From: Candidatus Omnitrophota bacterium
Lineage (GTDB): Bacteria > Omnitrophota > Gorgyraeia > Gygaellales > Profunditerraquicolaceae
Assembly (NCBI GenBank): GCA_028716965.1
Contig: JAQUOV010000001.1
Coordinates: 6,448 to 70,447, forward strand
Length of the DNA stretch: 64,000 bases
Direction: 5' to 3'
Part shown: in pieces, positions 47,388 to 57,325 of the stretch
How the letters are laid out: every line of letters starts with the position of its first letter
How positions within the stretch are numbered: position 1 is the stretch's first letter
Program-made: the position numbers and the translations under genes
The notes under the pieces: model-generated
Seen by the model: the letters and a program-made list of their open reading frames with translations, nothing else
Database searches by the model: none
Told to the model about the DNA's origin: nothing

Positions 47388-47400
47388 TATCCCTCCTTAC

Positions 47401-47513
47401 CCACAAGGGTACACCGGCCGCTCCTTTAAGGCCGGGTGTTAGCCCACAAGTGTACACCCGCGCAATTTTCGCCACCCGGCGAACACCCGCGCAATTCCAA
47501 TAAGCGCGGGGTG
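47401..47513. repeat. Repeat family B copy 3
   Basis: CCACAAGGGTACACCGGCC..GGCCGGGTGTTAGCCCACAAGTGTACACCCGCGCAATT...AAGCGCGGGGTG. It provides the last roughly 28 codons of the rfbF ORF. Confidence 0.7.
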
Positions 47514-48229
47514 CCTTTTAGCGCAAGGTGCCATATTCTCCAAGCGGCCTTATTATTTTTCCAAAGCTCATTTAATTCAAGGTTATCTTTATAGGTATCC
47601 ATGCACCTCCAGAATCCCGTATGTTTGAAAGCGTTCAATTGCTTATCCTCTAATACCCGTTTAAAACTATCCCTTTCCAGTATATCCCCATTTTGGATAT
47701 ACTTAAAGATCTCCCTGCTGAAGGTAAAGAAACCTCCGTTTATCCAGTGGTCTAAAATAGGCTTTTCTTCAAAATGCGTAACTGTCTGGGTATGCGGGTT
47801 GACCCCCACAATGCCAAATTGGGAAAGAGGCCTGGTCACGGTAATTGTAGCTATTTTCTTATGTTTTTGATGAAAAGAAGCCAAATCCGGTAAATTAATA
47901 TCCGCGACACCATCTCCATAAGTAGCAAAGAAATAATCTTCCTTTATATACTTTTTAATTTTCCTGACCCTCTCTCCGGTATTGGCGTTCTCTCCCGTAT
48001 CAGCAAATGTTATATTCCATTTCTTTACGCCCGAAAAATATTCTTTTATCTTCTCGCCCTTGTAACCGAGGCATAAAATAAAATCATTAAACCCAAAATA
48101 CGAATAAATGCTCATTACGTGCCAAAGTATGGGCTTTCCCCCTATCGGCAATAAAACCTTGGGCAACTCATCCTTACCCATGCGCGTGCCCTTGCCGCCG
48201 CACAATATTACTGTCTTAATCTTCTGCAT
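47426..48229 (-). CDS. rfbF: Glucose-1-phosphate cytidylyltransferase with repeat-derived C-terminal tail
   Basis: MQKIKTVILCGGKGTRMGKDELPKVLLPIGGKPILWHVM matches RfbF. The C-terminal ...KGTPRLLELRGCSPGGENCAGVHLWANTRP is encoded by repeat family B. Confidence 0.8.
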   Translation of the reverse strand: MQKIKTVILCGGKGTRMGKDELPKVLLPIGGKPILWHVMSIYSYFGFNDFILCLGYKGEKIKEYFSGVKKWNITFADTGENANTGERVRKIKKYIKEDYFFATYGDGVADINLPDLASFHQKHKKIATITVTRPLSQFGIVGVNPHTQTVTHFEEKPILDHWINGGFFTFSREIFKYIQNGDILERDSFKRVLEDKQLNAFKHTGFWRCMDTYKDNLELNELWKNNKAAWRIWHLALKGTPRLLELRGCSPGGENCAGVHLWANTRP

Positions 48230-49259
48230 TTTTATAACAAATGATCTTCCAGCTTTTTGGCCTGGTTAATAACCTCGGCAGTATTGTAAACCATAATAGG
48301 AAACTCTCAAATCTACGGTGTTTTCTAAGAAAATAGGCTAACCTTACTTTAAACGTATATTTGCCGCCTCTATTCTTATATTTCATTATATAATCATCGG
48401 CCAAAGATGAGAATATAATTTTAACTCTCCTGAATCCACCAGCTTGCGCCCCTTTTTTCCATTCTAATAAATTATAGGCAGTATCGCCAAACCCTTTTTC
48501 TTCCATTTGCTTATAAACAGGATGTATTCTTTCCCATACCCCCCTGCCTGCCTCATTAATTAAAACAAGCTTGCCGCCGGGCCTTAAAACTCTCATGATC
48601 TCAGCAAATGCAGCTTTGAGGTCCTTGCTATGGTGCAGGACCGCTGAGCCAAATACAATATCAAAGCTATTATCCAAAAAAGGCATATTGTGCATATCTG
48701 AAAACAGCCTTTCAAAATACGCCTTTTCCACATAAAGGGATGAAACCTTTAAATAATTACTGATGTCCAAAGCTACGACACTGCACCCCTTTTGCGCGAA
48801 TTTAAAAGAGGCGTAAGAAAAACAAGCGCCTATCTCCAGTATTTTCTCCCTGCCCGTAAGGCGCAACTGCTCCATGGCAGAATAGAACCTGCCCGATGCC
48901 TCGGCAGTACTTTGGAAACTCCCGCCTTTTTTAAATAAAGATGAGCCATCCCCTTCCGGCAAAACAAGAAATTTATCCTTAAACCTTTTTATTGTTTCAT
49001 CTGTTATCTTAAACTTATCTCCTCGATCATCGGTAATATAATCATCCTCATCCATTGCCTTTCTTTCACGCAGGACGCCCGCATTAGCATTATACAGAAA
49101 ATCAATTATCCCGTCTTCAATCAAATATTCAGCAGCACAATTAGGGCATAAGAGCTTGCCGCTTCTTACCTCTAATTGATTATCAGGCCGTTTGTTCAGC
49201 TTTAAAGGGCTGTTTCCGCAGGCCGGGCACTTTAGAACCCCCAGTACTTCTTCCCTCAT
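48216..49259 (-). CDS. Class I SAM-dependent methyltransferase with N-terminal Trm112-like zinc ribbon
   Basis: CPACGNS...CPNCAAEYLIEDGIIDF, then LEIGACFS...VLHH (MTase type 11). Confidence 0.65.
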   Translation of the reverse strand: MREEVLGVLKCPACGNSPLKLNKRPDNQLEVRSGKLLCPNCAAEYLIEDGIIDFLYNANAGVLRERKAMDEDDYITDDRGDKFKITDETIKRFKDKFLVLPEGDGSSLFKKGGSFQSTAEASGRFYSAMEQLRLTGREKILEIGACFSYASFKFAQKGCSVVALDISNYLKVSSLYVEKAYFERLFSDMHNMPFLDNSFDIVFGSAVLHHSKDLKAAFAEIMRVLRPGGKLVLINEAGRGVWERIHPVYKQMEEKGFGDTAYNLLEWKKGAQAGGFRRVKIIFSSLADDYIMKYKNRGGKYTFKVRLAYFLRKHRRFESFLLWFTILPRLLTRPKSWKIICYKNAED

Positions 49260-49297
49260 TTGGCCTTCCTTAAATTAAACGTGATCGCTTATCTATT

Positions 49298-50695
49298 TTA
49301 ATATCTATTACGCAGCATATTGATAAACCTGGCTATCTTCTTGAAGTTTTTGCGCAAGCCCATCCTCAGCGCTCCGGTCTTTTCTTTTCTTTCAACCGCA
49401 GCATAATCCCAGAAATATTTATAATTAAAGGGCAGCCTTATACCGCTGTTATTAATTGCCTTGCGCCACCTGTTCAGGGTTGATATATTATGCTCCTTAG
49501 TATAATAATAAACCGAATCCGTGCTTACCCAGATCTTTTCATCAAACTCTTTATTGTTGGTCATCTGGCGGTAAATTTTAGTTCCCGGCAGGATATAAAG
49601 CATGGAAGCTCCCGGGCCATGGGTTGATTTAATATTTTTATTTAGATAGTCAACTGACTCCTTTATTGTCTCTTCAGTCTCTCCCGGGACCCCGACACAA
49701 AAAAATGCTCCGGTAGACATCCTGTCTGAATATTTCGCGCAGATATCAAAAGCATTCTTTACATCTTCCCGGGTTATCTTCTTTTCAATTGCTTGAAGCA
49801 TCTTTTCCGACAAGCTCTCTACTCCCCAGGTTATATGCTTACACCCGGATTCAGCCAATTTAGCGATCATCTCTTCGTTCACCGGCCTGACGCGGCAGGA
49901 GATTGCATACTCTATATCCTTTGCTTTCAATATTTCAGACAGCTTGATTGTCCTTTCAATCCCCAGGTTGAAAGTATCATCATAAAAGAAAAACCTTTTT
50001 GCCCCCAGGCTTTTAACATAATCCACTTCCTCTCCTACCCTTTGCGGAGAGTTCATCCTGATATTTTGCCCCCAAAAAGAAGAGGTTGAACAAAACGAAC
50101 AATTAACCGGGCATCCACGGGAGGTAATAAGATAGGCGAATCCGCTCTCTTTTATCCTCCCGGAGGCGTAAGAATAATCCGGCATCGCCAGCTCATCAAG
50201 GTCAACCACCTTTTCCGTAACGGGATTGGCCTTAAACCCATCATTGCCGTCCTTATAAACCAGGCCGCTGATATTCTTATATTCCTGTCCTGATTCCAGG
50301 GCGTTGCATAATTTATAAAACGGCTCCTCCCCGTCTGACTGGATAATAAAATCAATATAGTCGGAGAAATATTCAAACATCTGGCCGTACATAGTGGAAG
50401 GATGCACCCCTCCCAGGACGATAATAATATCCTTGCTGATCTTTTTTATGCCTTTAATAATCTTATAAGCTCCCCAGCGGTTAAAGGAATTAAAGGATAC
50501 TCCTACCACATCCGGCTTGGTTTGTTTAATAGAGCTGAAGAACGAGCTTAAGCTATCCCTAAGCTTGCAGCCGTTATAATCATAGATAAATACGCGGTGT
50601 TTTCTTTTTAAAGAAGCGGATAAATAGGCCAGCCCCAGAGGGTACCCCTTAAGATTCAACTCCTGGGATGGCGGATAAACAAGTGTTACCTTCAC
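49298..50695 (-). CDS. B12-binding radical SAM protein (class B)
   Basis: N-terminal B12-binding Rossmann region (…VVGVSFNS…IVLGGVHPS…), then CPVNCSFC (CxxxCxxC). Confidence 0.75.
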   Translation of the reverse strand: MKVTLVYPPSQELNLKGYPLGLAYLSASLKRKHRVFIYDYNGCKLRDSLSSFFSSIKQTKPDVVGVSFNSFNRWGAYKIIKGIKKISKDIIIVLGGVHPSTMYGQMFEYFSDYIDFIIQSDGEEPFYKLCNALESGQEYKNISGLVYKDGNDGFKANPVTEKVVDLDELAMPDYSYASGRIKESGFAYLITSRGCPVNCSFCSTSSFWGQNIRMNSPQRVGEEVDYVKSLGAKRFFFYDDTFNLGIERTIKLSEILKAKDIEYAISCRVRPVNEEMIAKLAESGCKHITWGVESLSEKMLQAIEKKITREDVKNAFDICAKYSDRMSTGAFFCVGVPGETEETIKESVDYLNKNIKSTHGPGASMLYILPGTKIYRQMTNNKEFDEKIWVSTDSVYYYTKEHNISTLNRWRKAINNSGIRLPFNYKYFWDYAAVERKEKTGALRMGLRKNFKKIARFINMLRNRY

Positions 50696-50712
50696 TTAAA
50701 TAAACATCCTTT

Positions 50713-51429
50713 CTATTTACTGCAAACAGCAATGAAGTCCAAACAACTGTCCAGATCTCTTTTTGTCCAAGAAAAATAGCTGCAATTTGCTTTAACGAAA
50801 AATCTTTTAACCGGATCCAGCTTATCCGGCAGGAAATTAAATAGCCCTATTTTCTTTAATCTCCTGTTGAATTTCAGGGCAATGCCCCTCCTTAAGCCAA
50901 GGATCTCAATTTTCTTAAAATGGCCTTCCAGCAGTTCTTTAAATTCACCGGCCAAATACTCTTTAACATGAAATTTATTAAAAGGTGTAACGCTGCCCGG
51001 GGATGCATCTTTTATATTGCAGGTAGAACAAATAAATACCCCGCCTGCCTTCAATAACTTACTTACGTCAGCCAAAAGCTTATGCGTATTACGTATATGC
51101 TCTATATTCTGGAAAGAACAAATAACCTGAAATTTCAGCTTTAATGAATCCAGGTTCCCTACATCCATGACCGCAAATTTCAGGTTTTCTTTATGGTATT
51201 TATTCACGGCATAATCAATAACCGCCTTATCGTAATCAATACCTAACACTTCTTTAGCGGAATCCGCCAGGAAAGCTGCCCCATACCCTTCTCCGCATCC
51301 GATATCTAAAACTTCCTTGCCGGATACAAAGTCTTTGGCAAACTTATAGGCGCAAAAATGCCGGGCAATCATCAAAGGCGTTTCTTTTTCTAAAAGTATC
51401 CTTTCACCGGTATTATTGATCTCTTTCAT
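50713..51429 (-). CDS. Class I SAM-dependent methyltransferase
   Basis: VLDIGCGEGYGAAFLA (motif I). Confidence 0.65.
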   Translation of the reverse strand: MKEINNTGERILLEKETPLMIARHFCAYKFAKDFVSGKEVLDIGCGEGYGAAFLADSAKEVLGIDYDKAVIDYAVNKYHKENLKFAVMDVGNLDSLKLKFQVICSFQNIEHIRNTHKLLADVSKLLKAGGVFICSTCNIKDASPGSVTPFNKFHVKEYLAGEFKELLEGHFKKIEILGLRRGIALKFNRRLKKIGLFNFLPDKLDPVKRFFVKANCSYFSWTKRDLDSCLDFIAVCSK

Positions 51430-53504
51430 TTTATTGAAACCTTATATATATGCGCCATTGAATTGCTGAATACGAGCTTAAACTCCTGCGGGTTAGCCGC
51501 AGCCCATTCATCTTCAATCGGGAATTTAGCCGGGTCTTCGGACTCTCTGTTGTTAAAAAACGGCTGGGCAACAAAAAGATACTCGGTCTTTTCTTTCTGC
51601 AGGTTCTCTCTCCATGCAGGATAGCTTTTCTCCCTTCTGTACAAGCCATCCGGATGGTTATAGGGAGTAATCTGCTTTTTGTTGATTGAGACATATTTAA
51701 CCCGGTTTTTCAGGCCCCTGCCGTAAAAAGGATAAAACTCCTGCCGTCCGGTATAAGCGACATAAGAGCCGCTTCCGGTTAATTCATCAAGAGCTTTCCA
51801 TGCCAATCCTATAGGGACCTGCCATCTTTCTTTCTTACTGAAGCTGGCAGGATAACGGTTAAACTCTTCTCTGTCGTATTCGGCGTTAAGGAATACGAGC
51901 GCGAAAGAAAGGCCAAGGAAACAACAGATGATAAACCATTTAAACTTCCTGCCCTCATAAAATCCCGCAACCTGTTTCTTATAAAAAGCTAATAATACGA
52001 AACAAGCCAAAGAAAGCAAAATGGATACAACCAGTTCATAACCATTCGCCAGCTCAAAAGAGGCATAAACAATTGAAATAAACCCTGCTACAGTTAAATA
52101 TCTGCTTCCCCATTTCATGCGGGCCAGAAAAATGACCGCTGTCAATAACCCCATGCTTAAATACGGAAAAACATACCTGACCGTATAAATATTGATGGAA
52201 AGAGCATATAAAACAAGCATAGTAAGCGGGGTAGCAAAAAGCAATATATAGCCGCCAAAATCTTTTATATCCTTTTTTATAATCCGGCAAAATACCAGGG
52301 GGATAAATGTTCCGGGAAGTATTAAGCCCAAAAACTGCATCCCCAGCCCCTCTTTGAAGATAATTTTTGCAAGGTCAAACCCCCATGGGGCAACCTGCAT
52401 TTTATAGTCAGCGCTGCCAAGTATCCCGGCAAAAACAGTCCTGCCGAAAATCTTCAGGTTTACCGGAAATAAAGGGTTCCCTAATAACATATAATTCTTT
52501 ATAAAGACGTAACCCCCAAGCAAGATTACCGGAAAAATGATCGCGCCTAAAAAACAAAGGGCCCTGCCAAAAGAAAGCCTGCTATTCCTGATGCCTTTAT
52601 ATATAACAAAACATACCAGCGGCATGAAAGCCGCCAGCCAGACAAGGTTGATAATCTTCGTGCCTACGAGTAGGCCTGTTGCAATCCCAAAGAGCACGGC
52701 ATACCTGAAAGTAAATTTCGACCTAAGCAATAAAAGCGTTTCAAAAACCAAAAGGAACAATACCGCGCAAATGACATCAATCTCCGAGCCTATCTTAAGC
52801 TGCTTAAAAAGATTCGGGATCAACGCCCAAAGAAAACCCGTTAATAAAGCCATCTTCCTGTTTACATCATATTTTCTTAATATTGAATAGACGGCGATAA
52901 TTCCGATAATATAAAATGGGGCTTGCCCTGCGTCTGCCAAAAATGCGTTCCTTAATGGCAGCATCAACCAGGTATAAAACAACTGGGCGTTGATAGGGTA
53001 ATAAGAAAACGAACTGGTCTCAAAGCCTGCGGGGTTCAAGATCGGGATTGAGCCAAATATCTGGAACGGATTCTCCAAATTGCCGTTTATGATCCAGGTG
53101 GCAGGAAAAGCAAGGTGCCCCTGCATGCTGCCCGGGGATTGTGTCGGAGTAATTAAATTAACATAAGTCTTTACCAGGAAGAAAGAGAAGAATACCGAAA
53201 AAGCAAGGATCAACAAGTTGCTATCCAAAACGAAACCGATTGCCGGTTTCGCAAAGCCGGCGTCCTTTTTATAAGCGCAGGAAAAATACGCGAATATAAA
53301 TATAACTGAATGCAGCAGGAAAACATTCCCAAAATACAGCCTTCCGCTAATGCCTAAAAAAAGCTCGACTAAAACAATCTGCGCGAAAAATAAGAGGAAA
53401 CAGGTTAAAACCGAGCTTCCGCACGGTTTATCCCCAAAATACCTCTTTGTAAGAAACCATGAGCTTAAAACTACTATTATTGCTTCAAGGATCAGGCAAA
53501 TCAT
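51426..53504 (-). CDS. GT-C-type integral membrane glycosyltransferase (ArnT / PMT family-like), putative
   Basis: 692 aa, more than 12 TM, with a periplasmic C-terminal domain. Overall GT39/ArnT-like organisation. Confidence 0.45.
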   Translation of the reverse strand: MICLILEAIIVVLSSWFLTKRYFGDKPCGSSVLTCFLLFFAQIVLVELFLGISGRLYFGNVFLLHSVIFIFAYFSCAYKKDAGFAKPAIGFVLDSNLLILAFSVFFSFFLVKTYVNLITPTQSPGSMQGHLAFPATWIINGNLENPFQIFGSIPILNPAGFETSSFSYYPINAQLFYTWLMLPLRNAFLADAGQAPFYIIGIIAVYSILRKYDVNRKMALLTGFLWALIPNLFKQLKIGSEIDVICAVLFLLVFETLLLLRSKFTFRYAVLFGIATGLLVGTKIINLVWLAAFMPLVCFVIYKGIRNSRLSFGRALCFLGAIIFPVILLGGYVFIKNYMLLGNPLFPVNLKIFGRTVFAGILGSADYKMQVAPWGFDLAKIIFKEGLGMQFLGLILPGTFIPLVFCRIIKKDIKDFGGYILLFATPLTMLVLYALSINIYTVRYVFPYLSMGLLTAVIFLARMKWGSRYLTVAGFISIVYASFELANGYELVVSILLSLACFVLLAFYKKQVAGFYEGRKFKWFIICCFLGLSFALVFLNAEYDREEFNRYPASFSKKERWQVPIGLAWKALDELTGSGSYVAYTGRQEFYPFYGRGLKNRVKYVSINKKQITPYNHPDGLYRREKSYPAWRENLQKEKTEYLFVAQPFFNNRESEDPAKFPIEDEWAAANPQEFKLVFSNSMAHIYKVSIK

Positions 53505-53530
53505 TTGCGTTTACCTTTCTTTGACAAGCG

Positions 53531-54970
53531 CTATTCCTTCTTATCTTTCTTCATAAGGCGCTGGTAATTTCTCAGGGCAAAATAAAAAGTACGGAAGAAA
53601 CCCCTCTTTTCTGACTTTACGCAAACTACAAAATAGACCAGGCCAAACCATAAGGTAAAGAATATATTCCGGGGCAGCCTGATTAACAGCTTGATAATAC
53701 CGAATGTCCATGGCCAGAGTACCGCGGTCTGGAAAAAACTCTGTAAATTTTGTATCTGATTTATATTCGGATGGCTGCTTAAACTTGACTTCGCGTAAAA
53801 AGAACGCGCAAGGCTGTCCATATTATAATCGCTGTTTAAATAACCCGCGTTTTTTGCGTATTCCGTAAGCTTTGTCCCGGGAAAAGGCAAAAATATGGAG
53901 CACCATGGGTAATCCGTTTTGATATCAATGTTAATCTTTACTGTGCTGATGGCTTCCTCCAGCGTTTCTCCCGGCAATCCCAGGATATTGAAAGTCCTGA
54001 ATTTCAGCCCGGCCGCATGCAGCCTTTGTGCCGCCTTATAAATTTCATCGTTAGTTAAATTCTTGTTCAATATTTTGCCGCGTATATGCTCATCTCCTGA
54101 TTCAATGCCGAAACAGGCTAATACGCATCCGCAATCCGCTAAATAAGAAGCGTATTTATCGTTCCGGCAAATTTCATCCGCCCTGACCAGACAGATAAAC
54201 GGCAGGCCTACTTTTTCTTTAAATTTCGGTAAAAATTCATACAACCATTTGCTGTTTAAACCGAATACATCATCAACAAAATACAAGATCCTTGCCTTGG
54301 CGGTATCCCTTAAATATATCGATTCTTCTATGACCTTATCTATCTGGCGGATACGCACATATTTACCTTTATCATTATAAAGCTCCCTCATTGAGTCATT
54401 AAAACAGAAGGTGCAATGCCAGGGGCAGCCGCGCGAAGCAATGATATTGCGGACACTTAAATCAATCTTGCCGTTAAGGTCTAAATAAAGCTCCCGGTCG
54501 GCAAATGGATACAGGTCTAAATCGTCATCCAAACACCTGAGTTCATTCTTGAATACCCGGTTATTTCTTGAAACCCACAGGTTCTTTAACTCTAAGTAAT
54601 CTTCATTTTTATCAAAACGGTCCATCAACTCCAAACATGCCCTCTCGCCTTCCCCTCTTACAATAATGTCTACGCCTTCCTCCTGGATAAAATCCGGGAA
54701 ATAGGTTGGGTGGGGGCCTCCGAATATATTGGCAATACCATACTCCCTCTTGACTTCTCTTGCCATATTCAGCGCCCAATGGTGGCTACCGCTCATTATA
54801 GAAAACGCCACAAAATCAGGCTTAAAAGAGCCCAGCGTGCTTCTGAAATCTTTCAGGCCGCTGCCTACGCGCATAAGGACCTTATGCCCGTGTTTCTTTA
54901 ACATGGAAGAAACATACATCGGCCCGAGGAATTCGTATTCAAGGTCCTGTAGAAATAAAAGTTTCGCCAT
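53531..54970 (-). CDS. B12-binding radical SAM protein (class B)
   Basis: B12-binding N-terminal region plus CPWHCTFC. Confidence 0.75.
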   Translation of the reverse strand: MAKLLFLQDLEYEFLGPMYVSSMLKKHGHKVLMRVGSGLKDFRSTLGSFKPDFVAFSIMSGSHHWALNMAREVKREYGIANIFGGPHPTYFPDFIQEEGVDIIVRGEGERACLELMDRFDKNEDYLELKNLWVSRNNRVFKNELRCLDDDLDLYPFADRELYLDLNGKIDLSVRNIIASRGCPWHCTFCFNDSMRELYNDKGKYVRIRQIDKVIEESIYLRDTAKARILYFVDDVFGLNSKWLYEFLPKFKEKVGLPFICLVRADEICRNDKYASYLADCGCVLACFGIESGDEHIRGKILNKNLTNDEIYKAAQRLHAAGLKFRTFNILGLPGETLEEAISTVKINIDIKTDYPWCSIFLPFPGTKLTEYAKNAGYLNSDYNMDSLARSFYAKSSLSSHPNINQIQNLQSFFQTAVLWPWTFGIIKLLIRLPRNIFFTLWFGLVYFVVCVKSEKRGFFRTFYFALRNYQRLMKKDKKE

Positions 54971-55533
54971 TAACCTATCCCTCTTGCCGTTTCGCTTTTT
55001 CTTCCAAGTAATAAGAGCTTAAGAAAAGTGGCCGCCCCTGCTATAAACAGGACCACGGGCTTACCAATAAAATATCTTCCCTCTTTACATATTAACTGCC
55101 CATTGCTAATTAGCCTGTTTATCCTCTTATCAAGAATCTCCCTGGCATTATATTTAGATAAGATTTCATCTAAGCTAAGGCCGTCTTTAGAGCGGAATAT
55201 TTCAATTAGCATCCTTATCCTTCTGGCTGTCTCACCCAACCCCACAAAATGAAAATAACAATACCCGAGAAGAACGTAGATAACCATGTTTGTAATACCG
55301 CTTGATATCCCATACCGAAACAACCTCCCGGGCAATCCTGAATACAAGATTTCAAAAATAAATAAGCTGCAAAAACCCGCGAAGAAACCCAAAAATATGG
55401 ATTTTAGCAGCCCTCTTTTTGGCGCCATACGAAAACTTAAGATCTGCGTAACCACGTTAACTAACAGGCTGAACAGGGGCAGGATGACATACACAAAAAC
55501 AACTATTTTCTCAACCCCTGCCTCCTCAACCAC
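54970..55533 (-). CDS. Small membrane protein (3-4 TM) with C-terminal soluble segment; paralogue of 55526..56044
   Basis: Hydrophobic N-terminal half; C-terminal ...LSLDEILSKYNAREILDKRINRLISNGQLICKEGRYFI. Confidence 0.3.
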   Translation of the reverse strand: MVEEAGVEKIVVFVYVILPLFSLLVNVVTQILSFRMAPKRGLLKSIFLGFFAGFCSLFIFEILYSGLPGRLFRYGISSGITNMVIYVLLGYCYFHFVGLGETARRIRMLIEIFRSKDGLSLDEILSKYNAREILDKRINRLISNGQLICKEGRYFIGKPVVLFIAGAATFLKLLLLGRKSETARGIG

Positions 55534-56044
55534 CTTTTTCTCCCTTTATTATATTTCTGTAAAATAAGAAGAGCCTGGCCATTATCAGCCCTTTAGGCAA
55601 AAGTTTATATTTCCCATCCTTGATATAAACCATTTTGTCAAAAACCATATCTCTTATTCGAGGCAGGATCAACAACTCATTATCCGCTATCCGCTCCAGT
55701 TTGGATTTATCTAATCCGGCCGCGCCTGAATCAAAAACAGCCTTGATGATTATCAATGTCGGGCTGTCTACTTCTACAGCAGGATAAGATAATATATAAG
55801 CTACAGATAACGCTGTGTATAAGAAAAACAACTGGAAGGTCTCAAAGATATTTATAGAAGAATAAATTCCCCATTTTATTAACTCCGGGTATTTAAAAAC
55901 CAGGGATGCTCCTAAAACAAAGGCCAAAGAGAAAATCATCAATAACGCGTTGACCTGCTTCTTTGGCAGGCGCAGCCTCCAAATAACCAGATGGATTAAC
56001 AGGGCGGATATAAATAATAACATCCCATATACTAATACGCTCAT
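55526..56044 (-). CDS. Small membrane protein (3 TM) with C-terminal soluble segment
   Basis: Same architecture as the adjacent gene: ...LDKSKLERIADNELLILPRIRDMVFDKMVYIKDGKYKLL. Confidence 0.3.
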   Translation of the reverse strand: MSVLVYGMLLFISALLIHLVIWRLRLPKKQVNALLMIFSLAFVLGASLVFKYPELIKWGIYSSINIFETFQLFFLYTALSVAYILSYPAVEVDSPTLIIIKAVFDSGAAGLDKSKLERIADNELLILPRIRDMVFDKMVYIKDGKYKLLPKGLIMARLFLFYRNIIKGEKGG

Positions 56045-56817
56045 GGTTTATATTTTTGTTTTCTTGCCGCGGTCTTTGTGTCGGCGCCAAAAATATTATT
56101 TTCCCTCATCCCTCTCCTGAAATAAAAATCCTTAACCAGGTACAGATAACCCCACATTACCTTAACCAGTGACGGGAATGATACGGCCTTAGAAATACCC
56201 TCTTTCCTTATCCCAAGCCGGTAAGGTACCTCCGCAAAAAGATATCCTTTTTTCACAGCCCTTACCAGGATATCGGTTTGAAAAAAGAACCCCTTGCTTC
56301 TGAATTCCAACTCCTTGAGTATTGATTTCCTGTATAGGATTGTACCGTTGGTATAATTAAAATTCACCAGGAAAGTAGTATTGATTATGAAGCGGTAAAC
56401 AAAAGAAAGCGCATTTCTAAAGAGGGACCGGACTTGTTTATTAAAAACAAACGGGATCACAATATCTACGTGTTCTAATAACTTAAAGTACCTTAATATC
56501 TCCCAGGGGTCTACTTCGTTATCCCCCGGGAAAAAAACCACTACCCCGCCACGGGCATTATCCACGCCGCCCCAGAAAGAAGCACCCACTCCTTGAGGCT
56601 TATCATGGCTAATAAGCCTGATCCTTTTGTCTTCACGCATAAGGGAGATTACCCGCTCTCCTGTTTTATCCCTGCTGCCGTCATTTATTACAATTACTTC
56701 GCCATTAATTCCGGATTCTTCAAATGCGCCTAAGGCGTTTTTTACCGCGAGGGCAATGTTATCTTCCTCGTTTAATGCCGGTATTATCGCCGTGATCTCG
56801 AGAATCTCTTTCTCCAT
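56041..56817 (-). CDS. Glycosyltransferase family 2 (DPM1-like polyprenyl-phosphate glycosyltransferase, soluble)
   Basis: ITAIIPALNEEDNI...VIVINDGSRDKT. Confidence 0.7.
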   Translation of the reverse strand: MEKEILEITAIIPALNEEDNIALAVKNALGAFEESGINGEVIVINDGSRDKTGERVISLMREDKRIRLISHDKPQGVGASFWGGVDNARGGVVVFFPGDNEVDPWEILRYFKLLEHVDIVIPFVFNKQVRSLFRNALSFVYRFIINTTFLVNFNYTNGTILYRKSILKELEFRSKGFFFQTDILVRAVKKGYLFAEVPYRLGIRKEGISKAVSFPSLVKVMWGYLYLVKDFYFRRGMRENNIFGADTKTAARKQKYKP

Positions 56818-56833
56818 AAGGCCTGCCTGTTAG

Positions 56834-57325
56834 TTATACCCGGATATATCCGGGCAAGCTATCGGTTATCCATTCTTTAAACAGCTTCCTAAAATTAACA
56901 TTACTGCCATAAGGGTCATAAGTCTTCATATTGACTAACTTCATCAAGACAAGATCGTCTCCGCCACAGCAATGAGAAGGCCCCAGGAATTTAAAGTAGT
57001 CTCTTGCCCCCGTAGAGATAAGCTTCACGTTTTGTTTTTGCAAGACGATGTCATTCCTTATCTGTTCAAGCGAGCGGTAAACCAGGAAATTTACAATGGA
57101 ATACACAATCGGGATTAAACCGCTCATGCTCATACCGGCCGCTATGCCCACTGCCCCCTGCTCCATGATCCCGCAATTAATAACTCTTTCGGGAAACTCG
57201 CTTTTCAATTTATCAATTGCGCCAAAACCCATATCGCAGACAAGCAGGTAATAACGGCTGTCTTTGCGGAAATATGGCAGCAATAAATCAATAATTTCTT
57301 TGCGATAATTACAAACGGCAGGCAT
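56834..57325 (-). CDS. Transketolase C-terminal-section subunit, minimal (Pyr domain only; TK_C domain absent)
   Basis: 163 aa: CDMGFG..., NCGIMEQGAVGIAAGMSMSGLIPI (Pyr-domain signature). It ends about 150 aa before a canonical subunit would. Confidence 0.7.
   Translation of the reverse strand: MPAVCNYRKEIIDLLLPYFRKDSRYYLLVCDMGFGAIDKLKSEFPERVINCGIMEQGAVGIAAGMSMSGLIPIVYSIVNFLVYRSLEQIRNDIVLQKQNVKLISTGARDYFKFLGPSHCCGGDDLVLMKLVNMKTYDPYGSNVNFRKLFKEWITDSLPGYIRV

Noticed and set aside
54710-55252. Short plus-strand ORFs overlapping the radical-SAM and membrane-protein genes
   Set aside because: They are antisense to well-supported minus-strand genes and have no conserved motifs.
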